From NCBI GenBank assembly GCA_002633005.1, contig NMRA01000142.1, positions 664,860-728,859 of the forward strand: a DNA stretch of 64,000 nt. Reading direction: 5' to 3'. The notes under the pieces are model-generated. The model saw only the letters and a list, made by a program, of their open reading frames with translations, was not told the origin of the DNA and searched no databases. Below are positions 36,051-51,630 of the stretch, in pieces (position 1 is the first letter of the stretch; every line of letters begins with the position of its first letter). This stretch comes from Phoronis australis (Eukaryota > Animalia > Phoronida). Position numbers and translations under genes: made by a program.

Positions 36051-37471
36051 CTAGAAACGGAAGAAAAGTAACCAGTGTGTGAGAAATCGAAATACCGGTA
36101 GCATAGCTTGTCATGAAATCGATTGAAAGGTTCTGTGCTTTCTCATGACGACGAACAAGACCCAACATGCTTTCCAGTAAGTAAACTTAACTTGTTGATA
36201 TGAATGTCTAACTCATAGCTATGCATTCAAATGATAAAACTTCAAACACTGGGGCATTTCTCAGCTTTGCCTAAGAACATTCCTGTGGACCCTTTCATAA
36301 TTACCTTGTAAGCATTGGTCACGAATGTATTGAACTCACTTTGCATTCCAAAGCTCGCATTGCCTCACATGTAGGTACAGAATATTAACAGAAAACAGCT
36401 GGATTACCAAGGCTCTGGGGCTGGTTTTATCAAAGTTCGTGCCCCAGGTCTCAGCTAAGACAATCACAGAGTTACATGTGTTATACATCGGAATGAAAAA
36501 CTGCAACTGATGTGAACTTGCCCATTGTTCATATCCATTCTTGAATCGGCTACAAACCTGTGTTCCGTCAAAAAAAAAACAACTTCCTATGACAACTCGC
36601 CGGTGTAAAAATGATCTCAACTTGTACATAACTCGGACATGAAGTGGTTTCTGGGCTTGGATAGATATGACACATTGTTATTGCTCGAGATGACACTCGC
36701 CGCATAAAGTGATCTCTGGCATGCTGTGGTAAGCCAACTAATGTAGAGCCTGATCTCGAGCAATAATGAACTGTCAGTTCTTTTCAAGCCTTTAAATGGT
36801 CTCTCATTTGACTAAAGAACAAATTGAGACCAATTTCATGACTGTTAGTGATCTTAATCAAAACTTGGTCTATAGCTACAACAAACTTTATTAACTGATT
36901 TCCATCAATCAATTTCCAGCCTATTTTATGCTACTCCACTCTGTTTCATTTGTCACGGAACAACTCTACAGAATCTCATTTAAATATGAAATCCAAAACA
37001 TTTGATTAATTCTTGAATTTATAAAACATTAACAATGGGTGTTTTGAAGCCGTGTGTTTATGAAAGCGTGACCTCGCAAATATCACGACATCAACTGACG
37101 GGGTTACTCAGAATCCCACAGTGAGGTATTTGCTTTAGTCAAAGGTCAGACTACCCATCTCTGACTGACTCACCATCACATCCAGGTCAGAATTAACGGG
37201 ACATGTTGCATTAGACAGCGGGAAAAGAAATATAAACACTGAAATTTCCCTTGCTGCTCGTAGGCTATTTCATGACAGTTTGGAAAATTTTGTCTGCGTA
37301 TCTTAAAATGAGTGCATCTTGAGGGTTCTAGAAAAAACTATTCATTTACGAAATGAAAATTATTCATAATTTTTAATGAACTATGTATACTTATAAAAAT
37401 CAGTTTCAACAGTCTTAGCTATGACCGGGCTTTCTTTAAGTGATGAAACAGCCCTCTGATATTCAACTTAC

Positions 37472-37572
37472 CTGGGACACAGATTGGAGAATGACCCAGT
37501 GGTAGAGGAAGAGAATACCTTTACTCATGATAGCCCAGCTAAAGTCGGACAAGGGTTCTGGTGTGAACACGC
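37472..37572 (-). CDS. TMEM164: TMEM164 internal exon (101 nt)
   Basis: GVFTPEPLSDFSWAIMSKGILFLYHWVILQSVSQ; AG/GT boundaries, phase 1 to 0. Confidence 0.93.
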
Positions 37573-38786
37573 CTGGGTAAGTAGAAAAATGGAAAGATTA
37601 CATGACTAACAGTTGAATGAAGCACCTTTTGCAAATAAAAATTTATCAATAACTACGTGGTCCAGATGGCCCAACATTTTTGGAATTGGTACAAGTAAAA
37701 CAGCTGAATAATGGAGAAAATATTCAAGAATAGGAAACCATCGAAATTCCAGCACTATTTAGGCTAGATGCTAGTGATTGCAATTCTTAATTCTGCTTGT
37801 AGACTTTGAAACAAGAAGCACAGAAGTGCCTGTAACCAATTATTTTAAGGTTGTTTTGAACCTTCTGATATCTTGGCATGACTGCATTCAAAAGTTAGAA
37901 GCAGAAGATGCTTGGGAAATTAAGATTTTACATTCGAACCCTGGCCACTCGCAAAGCGCAATAACCACAATATGTTCCAACAGCTTTGCAGGGAGAAAGT
38001 AATTTTCTGATTGGCCTTGACGCAGAAAAGAACCTGAAATCCCGCGATCACTGTCAGACAATCCGCTAAGGCAGCTAAATCCCACTTGATAAATAGCAGA
38101 GTATTTTAAGCATACATAGCAAGTTATTAAGACACAGGATTTGATTTCAGCCAAAGTTTAGCAGACTACAGTGTGAATTGGCGATTTGTAATGGAATCAC
38201 AAAAACACTACAACTTTGGTCGTTTTATACTTTTATGTTCAAAGATAATAATTTCAAGAACTCAATCGCATCCAACAATCTCAAAAATGCGTTTGCTAAC
38301 AGTAAAACGAACTTCTAAAACGGCATGAACAATTCACAGCTCTATCAGTCTCTGCCACAGTGAGATAAAACTTCATACTGAATCTCGTAGTTAAGCACGA
38401 CTTGAACACAACAGACTACTCATCATGACAATATCACACTATAGTCCGGACAGTCAATAAATGCGGCAAAATCGCACAACTTTCAAACAAAAATAGCCAC
38501 CAAAAAATTGCTCCTTTTTAAGTATTTCTAACATCGTAATCGAGAAGAACTCGGAATGACACAGCAGTAATTTTATACTACTGTTTGCCTAGTAATTAGC
38601 TTTTATAGGGTTCAATGATGTTTCTGATCAGTTTGATGTACTTGATTAGATTTCATATTGCTGTACAACTACATACTTGTTGATTTAAAAAATGTTTCAC
38701 CTAAAAAAAATTATGTTAATTGTCTTCCATTTGAACCAACGGATATTAGAATTCCAGTAGTCATAACTGAGTGAGTTGTGCGCACA

Positions 38787-39195
38787 TAAGTGGCGTTTAC
38801 ACTTCAAAAGTTGACACGGATCAGCTGACACGGAACGAGTTGTTCCAGAGTGTAAACGAGACTGACACGGAACAAATTGACACCACGGTGACAAATTTTG
38901 CCACCCGTTTGTGTCCGAACATCTTGCTCCGTGTCAATTATATGTCTAAACGCGAAACTGGGACAAGGCGGAAAGGATCATCTCTACAGCGCTTGCCTAA
39001 TGACCTACGTACGGGTTCTTTGTCTCTGCAACTCTCGTCACTTGTAAACCTGCGCATGTGCGATCCAGTCTCTCCAGCCTGCAATTTCCGTCTTGCCACA
39101 GTTAGTGAGCTGTGTGTGTAAACGCCGCTTGACACGGGTCAATTTGCTCTGTGTCTGTTGCTCCGGCACAAAAGTTGATGTCTAAAACGGGACTA
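38787..39195. mobile_element. Intronic MITE with imperfect TIRs and internal gacacgg/ccgtgtc and gtttacac/gtgtaaac inverted motifs
   Basis: Reiterated inverted motifs seen directly in the sequence. Confidence 0.4.
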
Positions 39196-39247
39196 TAGCA
39201 ACACTACCCCAGTGCAACTAAATTACGACGCAATGATGACCACTTAC

Positions 39248-39326
39248 CTCCATGGTAGATCAGATATAAAGGAATGACGAGAATGAGGGCATGCTGCAAC
39301 CAGTAGATGAACACTTCCAACGGCAA
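39248..39326 (-). CDS. TMEM164: TMEM164 internal exon (79 nt)
   Basis: LPLEVFIYWLQHALILVIPLYLIYHG; acceptor TCTTTTCAG and donor GTAAGT, phase 0 to 1. Confidence 0.93.
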
Positions 39327-42300
39327 CTGAAAAGACAAGAGAGCACACTGCAAGAGGTTTGCATGGAGGGCTCACAACCAAAAGAGCACGAGTTCCACTA
39401 TGTGGTCATGTAGTCGTGTCCTTGATCAAGGCACTAAGCTGTATTGCTCCAATAACGAGATGGCATCTGATACTGAAGGATTTGAAAGACAATTCGATTA
39501 CGCTGTGTTACCAAAAACAGGATTTGCATCCTCCCCAGTCAAGCTGGTGGCATGTGTTCAGTATTGGAAGGTTTAGCCAACACCACAAGTCTTAGAAGAT
39601 GTCTTCTGGAACTCGAAGTATTAACAGTTCGGCCATAATTAATGACATTTTCAAAAGCGTGCATAAATACTTTTTGGGCAGACTCCATGTCGCCACAATA
39701 AAGAGCACTTCCGTTATGGCGAGTTCCCCTTTAGTGTATATGTGCGTAATTAGGTTCATGTGCCTATTTGAATGGATAGATTTTCGCCAAAATTTTTTGG
39801 ACTTTTTTAAAACATACGCAGGACATTTCCCCCTCTACTAGCTTCTCCCATATATATAATACATATGTATACATATACATATATGTGAATTCTAACACTT
39901 TTAAAATATATTAAAAACATACTAGTACAGGGGCGGATCTACGATTTTGAGTTGGGGGCGACAGAGCATAGGATTAACCAGAATTTCGACAGATGCGCGC
40001 GCCTAGCCTAATTGTGGGCATGCAGGGGTCTCGGCGCCTGGGTTTGCGGACCTTTTGACTAAAAAAAAAAACGNACTGTAGTATACACCTTATTTTAGCA
40101 CTCTCCCCACAGCCTATTTGTAGACAATATTGTAGAAGATCCTTTACTTTCACTGACTGACCAATGACTTAGTGTCTTCACTGTCTTGTATACTCATAAA
40201 TAAGAAAAATAAGCTTGTGATATTTACCTAATGCAAATTGCAGTCAATTCATTCGTAAAATTTTTCAGTTGCACCTTTTGCACATGTTTCGGCAATAGTT
40301 ACAGAATCCCGGATTTTGAGAGCCAGTTTCCTCTACAGCGTAACTGGTACTCAAAATTTTCGACCCCCCTGTATAAACTGGTTCTCAAAATCCAGGACCC
40401 AGGAGACTTATAACAACCCACATTTCTACAAGAAATGTGCATTTTACCCCCAGAGCATAAGGAAAGCTGTATGTCACTACTTCAAAAGCCTTAGGCTCCA
40501 ATTCATTATGTGCCCAAGGTTGATTTATAGTTAGAAATGCAAAGACTTTAAGTGTGATCTTATCTCGTCATAAACTGTGGAAAACAACTGGCCGCTTAAT
40601 TTCCAACAGTATTAAACAACAATTTTGAAAGAATAACCAACCTGAAGTTTGAGTCTGCAATTATAACAGCTTTGTTGCATCAACAACACTTGCAAATTGC
40701 ATTTTAGGGATCTCCGCAGTACAAATGTATCTAGATTTTTATAAGGCTTTGGGCTAATTGGCAGTAATTACAGAAAAAATCATGTTTAGTTGTGGCTGGG
40801 GCTACATGACCACTAATACTGGTTTGTCCAGTGTACTAGCAGCACATGTTATGTCTGAAATTCAATTGGAAGGAGTTAAAGAAAGATAAGGCCATCAGAT
40901 AATAGACAGATCGTGCAGGATATGAGTTTCTAAATGATCACGAAGCATTGCGGATTTTATTTACGAGTCGCTCCAAATGTGCCTAGTCTTCCGTGAATTT
41001 TTTTTCTCATGTTCATGACACCTCAAAAACATTTCATGCGGCATGATATAAGGATGAGGGTTAAAAAAAATAATCACTGTATGTTGATTCCTTATCTCTG
41101 TTTTTACAGTGTGCAGAACGGCTGGTATTACAAACGATAGGATTTAGACAGGTGCAGATAATGCATCCCTCGTGATATTGTACACCATTCTCCAGGCAAC
41201 TGATATCAAAGATGGTTCAGCCGAGGATTTTATTTACCCCTCCAGCATGTCTACCTTCATTACAGATTGTTTCCTATGTCTCACCTTCCCCTAGCATTTT
41301 TTAAAACTTAACATTTACATACGGCCATGAATGCGAGAGAAGTTTAAATCTGCTGAGTACGCATCTAATGTCACAAAAGTAATTTTTACGGTTTTAAAAT
41401 GGGTTTCCACTTTATTCAACTGGTGTTTTAAGAACTGACAGGTTTCTGTTGCTTGAGATAAGACTCTATAAAGTCATATCCACACTATGACATATCCTCT
41501 GGCTGGAACAATATCGTCCCAGTTAACTGAGTGTCCCCATTGCCAGCACCCAGTGCACAAAATTAGGACAAAAATAGAGGGATCGCCCATATATACACAA
41601 CTATCTGAGCAAGTGCACAGATGATAAATACTTCCTTCTAATTTTGTCTCCAATGTGTCAGCATACTACAGTTTGCACTTAGGGAAAGTTCCGCATGAAC
41701 AGGTTATCCTTACCTAGATAAGATTGTCCCATACTAGAACCAGATTGTTCAAGGATAACTTGAAGCGTGTAGGGTACCACTAAGGTTGGATAATGACCCA
41801 GTTTGTCATTTTACGGCCAAAAGCAACATAACTAGCAGGACAGGTCGGCTTTTGAGATCAAACAGATAGAAGAGAACACCTTCTCCAGATTAAGAACGCT
41901 CTTTACGACCCCCATACCAAAACTTGTCCAGTGTTCTCAGCTACTTTTCTCTCCAGAATGTTTGAACAGTGAAGATTGGTGCTCCGAGTCATTTCTTTAA
42001 GAAACATAACTGAATAATGGTAAAATCTCACTACCTATTCAGACAAAAATAATCACTAAAATTGCCCCGTTCTCATTTTCCAATGGTTTCTGAGGTGAAG
42101 GCTCTCCAATGTTTCAAAGCATTGTCTGGTGGTAGTTATTGTACAGAACTTGAACATGAACAAGGATTAATTTCATGCCACATACCCTTAATAGAAAAAA
42201 GAGAAAATAAAGTTCCTATGTCGACCCTATTACGTCCTAAACTGATAATTTTTTAAATAAATTATATTTTACTGTATTGCAAACAAGACTACCTCGAGCA

Positions 42301-44880
42301 GGTGAATAACAGAAAACTACTTAGAAATATATTGATAAAAATAAGGGTAATTTATTCAACACACTGATGAAAATAAGGGTGAAAATTTGACGGATAAAGA
42401 TCTGATGAAAATAAGGGTGGAAATCTGACCAATACCTGATGATCATTACCCTCCTGATTATGCACCAATTGTAATGGGAGAAACTTATATCAAATATCAA
42501 AGTGTATCTACTGCTAGTTGGAAACAGAACTTAGAAAACTAATTAAGGAGACACAATTTAGTATAAGCTAAAATTGAACATTTAGGTCAAGCAAAATTAC
42601 CAGGAATGTATTAGATAAAGTTAAGCCAGACAACAATTCATTAAAAATAGATTTCCACTTCCATTTAAAATGTAAAAACTGGAATAACTAATAAAACAGA
42701 TTAGGAACGAAATTATGAATATTTGAAGAATTGGCGAGATTATACTGTTTGTATATTAATATGTTGAACTGTGGGCCAATGGCCATATGAGTTTTGAAAT
42801 AATCGTTTCGTTTGTTTGTTGTTTGTTTAGTAAAACAGAATTGAATTTGAGGTACAAAATGAAGAGACATCGAAATTCGCTGAAATCATGACTCTTGTAA
42901 TTTCCAGCTTCATTGACATTTAGTAAAGAAGACTTTGATAAAGCCAGTAGATAAGACAAGTCAAACGATATCACACAATTTTACCTTCACGTATTCCTGT
43001 TGAATTATCTCAAACAATCAGAAACTTTTAATTGAAGCAGGGTAAAATGTCACAAAATTTAGGACACAATATGAAACACTATTGAAATTTAATTTTTGTT
43101 TTTATTAAAGATAAGCATAGTACCACAAAATAAATGCTTTATCATTTTTAAGTACTACACTGTAGCCACCATCAGACACTGTTTTGAGAAATTGACGACA
43201 TTCACAACAATTTAAGAATCATTTGAAAAATTTATAAACTTTGGCAATTATTTTTGGCAAAATTGGGGAAATTTTTTAGCAGCAGACACTGGTACACTGT
43301 TCACAAACTGGCTAAAATTCTACCGTTTTAGCTGGCACTTGCCTTGCGCCAGTAGGTACAATGAGCAACGTGAACGGTTGCAAATGTCACTTTTGCTAAA
43401 GCTTTGCTGGTAGGTTTGAGTTATCCCAAAACTACCAGCACATTCCCTAGCACATTTGTAGCCAGACAGCTTACTCTGAAGGACACACGTGGGCAGGGGA
43501 AGAGGCCTCTGCTGTACTAATCAATTTATTGCAGAGAGTGAATGTGCTTTGACATCATGCCATTCCATTTGGGTGGTGAAGAAAACATGGAACTGCTGCT
43601 GAAAAGGACTATTTTGCCGGCAGTTTGTCGGACTACTTAAAACACCAGCCTTTTTTTGCCTCTAAAAAACTGTAAACATTTTCGCCACACAGAGGAGCTA
43701 GTATTGAACACTGACCTGAGGCAGGCAGAGTCAGTATGCCCTCACTATCACAATATTGTCCACTACACGTACATTTATGATTAGCAGCACCCGTCCATAC
43801 TCAATTTTATTACCGTTTAGCGTCTACCCTAAATTTACACGAGATTTCCTGACAGCCTATGTTTTTGTGACTGCCCAACTCACAAGAATTTTAGCTCTCA
43901 AAGCGTTACTGCAACTAACCTGAACAACAAACAGTCAATTTCATCCTCATCTTGCCTTGTTCAGATGGCAAACCAGTCACGTGCTTTATTGGCGGAGATG
44001 TGAAATGGTTTAATATGGACCTGTATGCATTCTACATGTGGAGAATTTCTGGCTTACAATGGTCACCACTTCCCTTAGCCCAAGACAACTTTCATGAAGC
44101 CTATTCAGCGCACCCTTTGTATTGATGTAGATCTGAGCTAATGAGGTGGAAAGATAATAGCTAGCACTACCTTCTTAACAATAGTGGTCATTATTACACC
44201 CAAATTGTTTTTCTCTGGCATTTGCACAGAGTTAAAGCTTGCAATGTGGAGAGCAGTTTTAACTTAGAACATTTTGAATCTAACAAAGAGACTAAAAAGT
44301 TAATTTGCATTGATCTTGACAAAAGGCCACTTCCCAAAGGAATGTTGGTTTTAAATATGTTTCATACCTGTTTTCATTACTTTAATTTAATTTTACTCCT
44401 GTGTACTTGTTTTTTTTCTTCAGGTTAGGGTTGCTATCTTTTTATTTTATGTTTAAACGAAGTATCAAAACAACTTTAAAGTCAGTTAATTGTGAACCCA
44501 TCCCTGAATTTTCCAGATTACAGCTACACCAAACATGTCACAGCAACAAAACTACACGTGCCATTAGTTCAAGTTCAATTTTTATTAGAACTCAAATCGT
44601 AAAATATACATAAAAGTGCAAATATGGTGATAGCCTAACTGAAGACTTGGAACCTCTGGACAATTTTGGTTGCAGTATTCTACTAGCTTTTCCTCAGTCA
44701 TGAAAAAATGAAATCACAGCTCTTGCCCACCGACCAACCTCATCCACTACTTGCGCTCTCTCTTTGACTACAAATGTAGCCATCTTAGTTGTCTTCACAG
44801 GTGTTCCATTACAACTACAAGCTAACTATCGAAATAGGCGCATTTCCGCGAATAGCAGGTTTTCGGTTTAGTGTACTACT

Positions 44881-47800
44881 CCTGGAGTAAAGTAGTTCGG
44901 CATGCACTGAGCTATAAGCGTGTGTTATTTATAGATGTTTCACTGTAGCTTAGTTGTATATTAAAATAATTATCCACGGGGTATTGTTAACTCCCTGATC
45001 AGCGTTTTTAAATCACCGAGTATATCAATATGCACAGTCGTTTATCTTCAATCGTACCCAATGTTTGTAGTTTTTAGCTTAATAGTTCATCGATTTTTAA
45101 AAATCGAAAACCAATCTTGGTTGTTTTTTTCATCTGAATATAGATGTGGTATTTATTTTTGATGAAAAGTGTTGGTTAATGCATTTTGAAAATTTGACGG
45201 TATGTACAGGCAGAGATGTTTACTATAGTTTATGGTCAGGTAATTATTAATACTGAATTGGGTCTTGCTAGCACCGGACAATGAGGTCATCACAACCGAG
45301 TCCGACTCTGGCGCCGCGCTCTCTTTGATCCCGGTAAAAGCCGCTTAGAAGGACCAGCGGTGAAAAGTCACGCATATCTTTAGAAATAAGTGACTTTCGT
45401 GTAAGCATATCATTCATGGCATGTAATATTATCGTACTCACGATCAAAAATGGTGAAGATATTCACATGAACAGCAGTTTGCTGCATCATGAAATTTAAT
45501 GATAGCGAAATGACAAATATGGCGAAGAACAGGGCCCAATAAAAATAAACTATGTCAGTGTCTTTTTTATAATTATTTAACAATGACCATGTATAAATAC
45601 AACAGTCTAGCATGAATTCTAACTAAACGATTTTTGTTTAGTACAGTAAAAATTCTTCAATTTGGACACGGAAACTCTCACAACTTTTCGTCACTCCAGA
45701 ATTTTGGACAAGGACAATTTGGCATTCATCATATTTCTGAAACTTCAGACACAGCGTTTTCAACAGACACAGAGTGGATAATTTTGCCATCTTACCAGTG
45801 ATTCTTGAACTTGAAATGACCAATATTGTCGATTTCTAGAATGTGGGATATTAGCTCCACCCATGAGCAAAATAATTAATTTTCCAGTCTCGTATATGAT
45901 GATACTTTTTACCTTTTAATACAGAACGCATTGTGATTCATTCGCGGGATCTTCTTGTCCACAAGCCACTACATCGTCACTACGCCACCAGAGCTCTTCA
46001 CCGAATTCAGCACTTTTTAAAGCCTTTTTACACATGTGATTTGTATTCTGAATTCATATTAGGCTTTAAAACAACCGTACAACCCAAACCTCCGGGTGAA
46101 AGCAAACATGCATCGAGGCAACCCAGTTCCCACCAGCATGCAACTTTACATATGTTTTCAATGGCTAAATGTTAACTGAAGTTCAATAAAGATCACCTGT
46201 AGGCAGGCTTTAGCATTTGCATGCTAAGTCTGATGACATGTAGCTTACGATTGCACTGATATAACCAAATTATATTTGTCAAATGTTTTGCAGTAAAACG
46301 TGACCATGTTTCGGATAAAAAACTGGACCTAGCTGAATGAGCAATCGACGTAAGATCGAAAACCCAAACATAGCCTCCTATTACTTAACAGATGTAATCA
46401 GGCTGGACAAATAATTGAATTCACACTCCGGTAAGTTGTTGGCTTTCAAACCCCAAAAATATGATAATGACCTTGGCCCCACCTCTGTCATTATCATATG
46501 TTGGGATCTGAAAACCAACATATTGACCTCTGTCAATAGAAGTCAATAAATTGGCAAGAAAGCGCACACAAAATGGATTTCATTACAGCACAAGAACCAA
46601 CAAAACAACAATGGACAAGAATTTCAAGTCCATGTCCCAAATTTCTGCACTAAACCATGACAGAATGTGAAATATCGACACCTTAAATAAGGAAAAGCCA
46701 ACAGCTGGTTGATAAATGGCCACCAATGATGTCTCTAGTGATGGTTAACCATATATATGGCTGAGCTGAAGGAGAAACCAGCAAACTGGATTGAAGACAA
46801 GAGACTGATAAGAACCAAAGTGAAGCCAACTGATGAGTACAGGTAAGTCTAGATGTTTATTTGACACTTCTGACAACACACCGACATGGGAGCCAATTAC
46901 AAAAAGATGGCAACAGGAAGAAATCAATAATAACGCAAATCAACTTCAAACATTTCAGCATTGCACATACAAGATACAGGTTCCAAGATTTCGCATTCTT
47001 AAAGTGTACAGTCATTTCTTGCTCGTTACAATCTCATTACTAATTTAGACCTTCAATAGTTTCAATGATTGCCGACCGTCATTGTAATCCCTTTNGCCCT
47101 GGAGTAAAGTAGTTCGGCATGCACTGAGCTATAAGCGATGTTTTAAAAGTTATTGACATCTAATTTAGTCACTGTGTGTTATTTAAAGATGTTTCACTGT
47201 AGCTTAGTTGTATATTAAAATAATTATCCACGGGGTATTCTTAACTCTGATCAGCGTTTTTAAATCACCGAGTATATCAATATGCAGTCGTTTATCTTCA
47301 ATTGTACCCAATGTTTGTAGTTTTTAAAAATCGAAAACCAATCTTGGTTGTTTTTTTTCATCTGAATATAGATGTGGTATTGATTTTTGATGAAAACTGT
47401 TGGTTAATGCATTTTGAAAATTTGACGGTATGTACAGGCAGAGATGTTTACTATAGTTTACAGTCAGGTAATTATTAATACTGAATTGGGTCTTGCTAGC
47501 ACCGGACAATGAGGTCATCACAACCGAGTCCGACTCTGGCGCCGCGCTCTCTTTGATCCCGGTAAAAGCCGCTTAGAAGGACCAGCGGTGAAAAATCACG
47601 CATATCTTTAGAAATGCGTGACTTTCGTGTAAGCGTATCATTCATGGCATGTAATATTATCGTACTCATGATCAAAAATGGTGAAGACATTCAGTCACAT
47701 GAACAGCAGTTTGCTGCATCATAAAATTTAGTGATAGCGAAATAACAAATATGGCGAAGAACCGGGCCCAATAAAAAAAACTATGTCAGTGTCTTTTTTA

Positions 47801-49303
47801 TAATTATTTAACAATGACCGTGTATAAATACAACAGTCTAGCATGAATTCTAACTAAACAATTTTTGTTTAGTACAGTAAAAATTCTTCAATTTGGGCAC
47901 GGAAACTCTCACAAAAATGAATGTTTTGTCATTCCAGAATTTTGGACAAGGACAATTTGGCATTCATCATACTTCTGAAACTTCAGACACTGCGTTTTCA
48001 AGAGACACAGAGTGGGTAATTTTGCCATGGTACCAGTGATTCTTGAACTTGGAATGACCAATATTGTCGATTTCGAGAATGTGAGACATAAGCTCCACTC
48101 ATGAGCAAAATAATTAATTTTTCAGTCTCGTATTTGATGATAATTTTTACCTTAATACAGAACTCATTGTGATTCATTCGCAGGATCTTCTATTCCACAA
48201 GCCACTTCACCGAATTCAGGACATTTTAAAGCCTTTTTACATATGTGATTCGGATTCTGAATTCATATTAGGCTTTAAAATAACCGTACAACCCAAACCT
48301 CAGGGTGAAAGCAAACATGCATCGAGGCAACCCAGTTCCCACCAGCATGCAACTTTACATATGTTTTCAATGGCTAAATGTTAACTGAAGTTCAATAAAG
48401 ATCATCATGTGTATGCTACGACTGACAACATGTAGCTTACGATTGCATTGATATAACCAAATTATATTTGTCGAATGTTTTGCACTAAAACGTGACAATG
48501 TTTCGGATAAAAAACTGGACCTAGCTGAGTGAGCGATCGAGGTAAGATCGAAAACCCAAACATAGCCTCCTTCCTTCAATTACTTAACAGATGTAATCAG
48601 GATGGACAATAATTTAATTCACCCTCCTGAAACTTGTTGGCTTTCAAACCCCAAAAATATGATAATGACATTGGCTCCGCCTCTGTCATTGTCATATGTT
48701 GGGATCTGAAAACCAACATATTGACCTCAGTAGAAGTCAATAATTATACAAGAAAGCACACACAGAATAGATTTCATTGCAGCACAAGGACCAACAAAAC
48801 AACAATGGACAAGAATTTCAAGTCCATGTCCCAAATTTTTGCACTAAACCATGACAGAATATGAAATATCGACACCTTAAACAATATAGTAAAATAAGGA
48901 AAAGCCAACAGTTGGTTGATAAATGGCCACCAATGGTGTCTCTTGTGACGGTTAACCATATATATGGCTGAGCTGAAGGAGAAACCAGCAAACTGGATTG
49001 AATAGACAAGAGACTGATAAGAACCAAAGTGAAGCCAACTGATGAGTACAGGTAAGTCTAGATGTTTATTTGACACTTCTGACAACACACCGACATGGGA
49101 GCCAATTACAAAAAGATGGCAACAGGAAGAAATCAATAATAACGCAAATCAACTTCAAACATTTCAGCATTGCACATACAAGATACAGGTTCCAAGATTT
49201 CGCATTCTTAAAGTGTACAGTCATTTCTTGCTCGTTACAATCTCATTACTAATTTAGACCTTCAATAGTTTCAATGATTGCCGACCGTCATTGTAATCCC
49301 TTT
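44881..49303. repeat. ~2.2-kb tandem duplication joined at a single N (47095)
   Basis: Identical ORFs at 46833 and 49042. Copy 2 restarts with cctggagtaaagtagttcgg right after the N. Confidence 0.9.
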
Positions 49304-51480
49304 CTTGTATTTCTTTATATAATCTCATTATTATTTTATTTCTTTAATCATTTCAATGGTAGCCGACCAACATTGTAATCCTATTTTTTTGTATTTCTGA
49401 CATTTAAAAAGTTACCACATGTGGCTACTCATTCCTACAACACACTGTGCTTTTCGTGTGGTTTTGTCGTTTTAGTCTTTTCTTTAATGTGGAATTGCGC
49501 GCTCATTCCTTATCTCTGTGAATGCTTGGCCAAATTAGTTAGAAACACAACACATAGCGATGATGTGAATATGAAGTAGGTTGAAAATTGCCAAGATTTT
49601 CACTACGAGTTTTGCGGCGAAAATGATCTGCCGCAAATCATTGGTGTCTATTATTGGATAGTTGCTCAGTGGATTCAACCTATGTCACACAAATCTGTTG
49701 CATCAATTGGAATGCAGTGAACTCTTGTCTAAGATTTAAGAAACATACCTTCATTCGAATTCATATGGTTCCAAAATGTCTAAGATTTAACAAACATATG
49801 TTCATTCGAATTCATATGGTTCCGAAAACTAAATTTCAGCTTGTTTCATAAAAACTTAGCCAGATTCTTAATTATGAAGGGAATTTATTCCAATCTTTCC
49901 GGCGCCATGGCCTAATTTTTATTGAAAATCCCTATTGGATACTGACTGTTCAACACCTAACTTGAAAAAGCAGTGTTACACCTATCACATGGCGCGGCGT
50001 GACACAGGAAACAACTACGTTAGTTCACAACAAAACACGGTGCGACAGCCAAAATATCTGCACAAATGCAGCTCCGACAGCTTAGTCAAAAACATTGCTC
50101 TTTTTAGAAACGGCCACGTCCGGAGCAGTGCAGCAGGTTATCGTTTACATATTCAGGGTGGCTAAAAAGGTAGGTAGGGATAATTTTAGGAGTGCAATCC
50201 GCGTCATTGACGCACTGTGATTGCTTAGCTTGGTCCAACAATTAAAATTGGAAGAGAAAAGAGACAAAAATCAACATGGCAAACGGGTTCTCCAAATTGG
50301 CCCATAGACTTCAGAGGCCATGTGGGTCAATTCACTCGTGTCCATGTTTTTCTAAAATGATCCCTGGATAGGTGGTAGCGATATCAAACAACAGTCACAC
50401 CTGGGCAGAGTTTGCTGCACAAAATAGTATTATCAGATAATTTATTACGATTGCACTCTTTCAATTTTGTTTTAACGACCATGCTGACGTAAGCACTTAG
50501 CCCCTATTTTTGGCCATTTTTTTAAATATGAGCCCAATGCTTGGCTAAGCACTGCTCCTCAATTTGTGAGAATTTCTAATTAAACGACCACACCTCAGGC
50601 TAGAGCCCACCCATAATTTACTTTAATAAATTGATTTTCAAATCCTTAAAGTGTGCTTTTAAATAAGGAAACCGGGTCAATTTCGAATTGCAGTGTGGTC
50701 ATCATAAACGTATTCTTTAGTGCATTAAAAACAGCCTGGTAGTTGAAATTGACAATTCCGCCTTCTCTAGTCAGCCACAGTCTCATTCTACGCAAAGAAA
50801 CTATTTTCCAAACGAATCCGACTTTTCCCGATGTTAAACGCCATACAGCGAATTTGTTTTATGCCGCTGAAGGCAAGTTTTTACTAATGACATGCATGAT
50901 GGGGTGACATGCCGCTTTGTGGGTGACCTATGTTTCCCACATATGGCAATGAATACATGCCATAATACTCAGAGCAAAGGCAGCAATCTCAAGTCACCCA
51001 ATGATGGAAATCCCCACAGTATTTCGAGGCTTTTTATTTCACGTAAACATTAATTACCGATATTAAATACGTAAGCAACATAAGTCATGAACATTTTGAT
51101 GAGGAACTTGCACTGCATTGCTGCTGCGCATCAATATGTAATTCTGCTAGGGCAAAACTTCACGGATTTTTTTCGACTTTGAAGCCGAGCATATAGCAGG
51201 TAAGTCCTTAAGAAGTCACGGGTATTTTTAAATGTGTATTTTCTCCAATTTCAGCTGCCATACAAGTTTAGCTATTAGAATACACGTGTTGAGACCAAGA
51301 AAGAGCCAATTCAACTTTCGCGTCGCAACTAGCCTTGCGACAAATTCCTTGAGCTCGAAAACGGGTGTACTACTACTTACAAACCCCCAACTGGAACGTC
51401 GGGTGGCACTGTTTTGGTTCCCATTGAAAAGATTACATGCCTATTTTCAATACCCACAAATCACTTCCCACTTTGGATTT

Positions 51481-51630
51481 TAGCTCTACTGGCAAAGTGT
51501 TGGACTGCAAACACTAGGATCTTGGGTTCAAATTAGTCTTGTAGCCAACCTCAAAAATGTACACAACATTTTCTTCAAAAATGTCACTTTAAGTGCCCTA
51601 AGCCTCAACCTAGATGAGTAGGTAAGCTGA
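51481..51630 (+). mobile_element. Possible degenerate tRNA-derived SINE
   Basis: A-box-like TAGCTCTACTGG and B-box-like GGGTTCAAAT at tRNA-like spacing; no full cloverleaf. Confidence 0.3.

Noticed and set aside
44881-49303. 2.2-kb tandem duplication as a real segmental duplication
   Set aside because: The copies meet at the N at 47095 and differ by SNPs and indels as haplotypes would, so an assembly artefact is likely. Read depth would decide.
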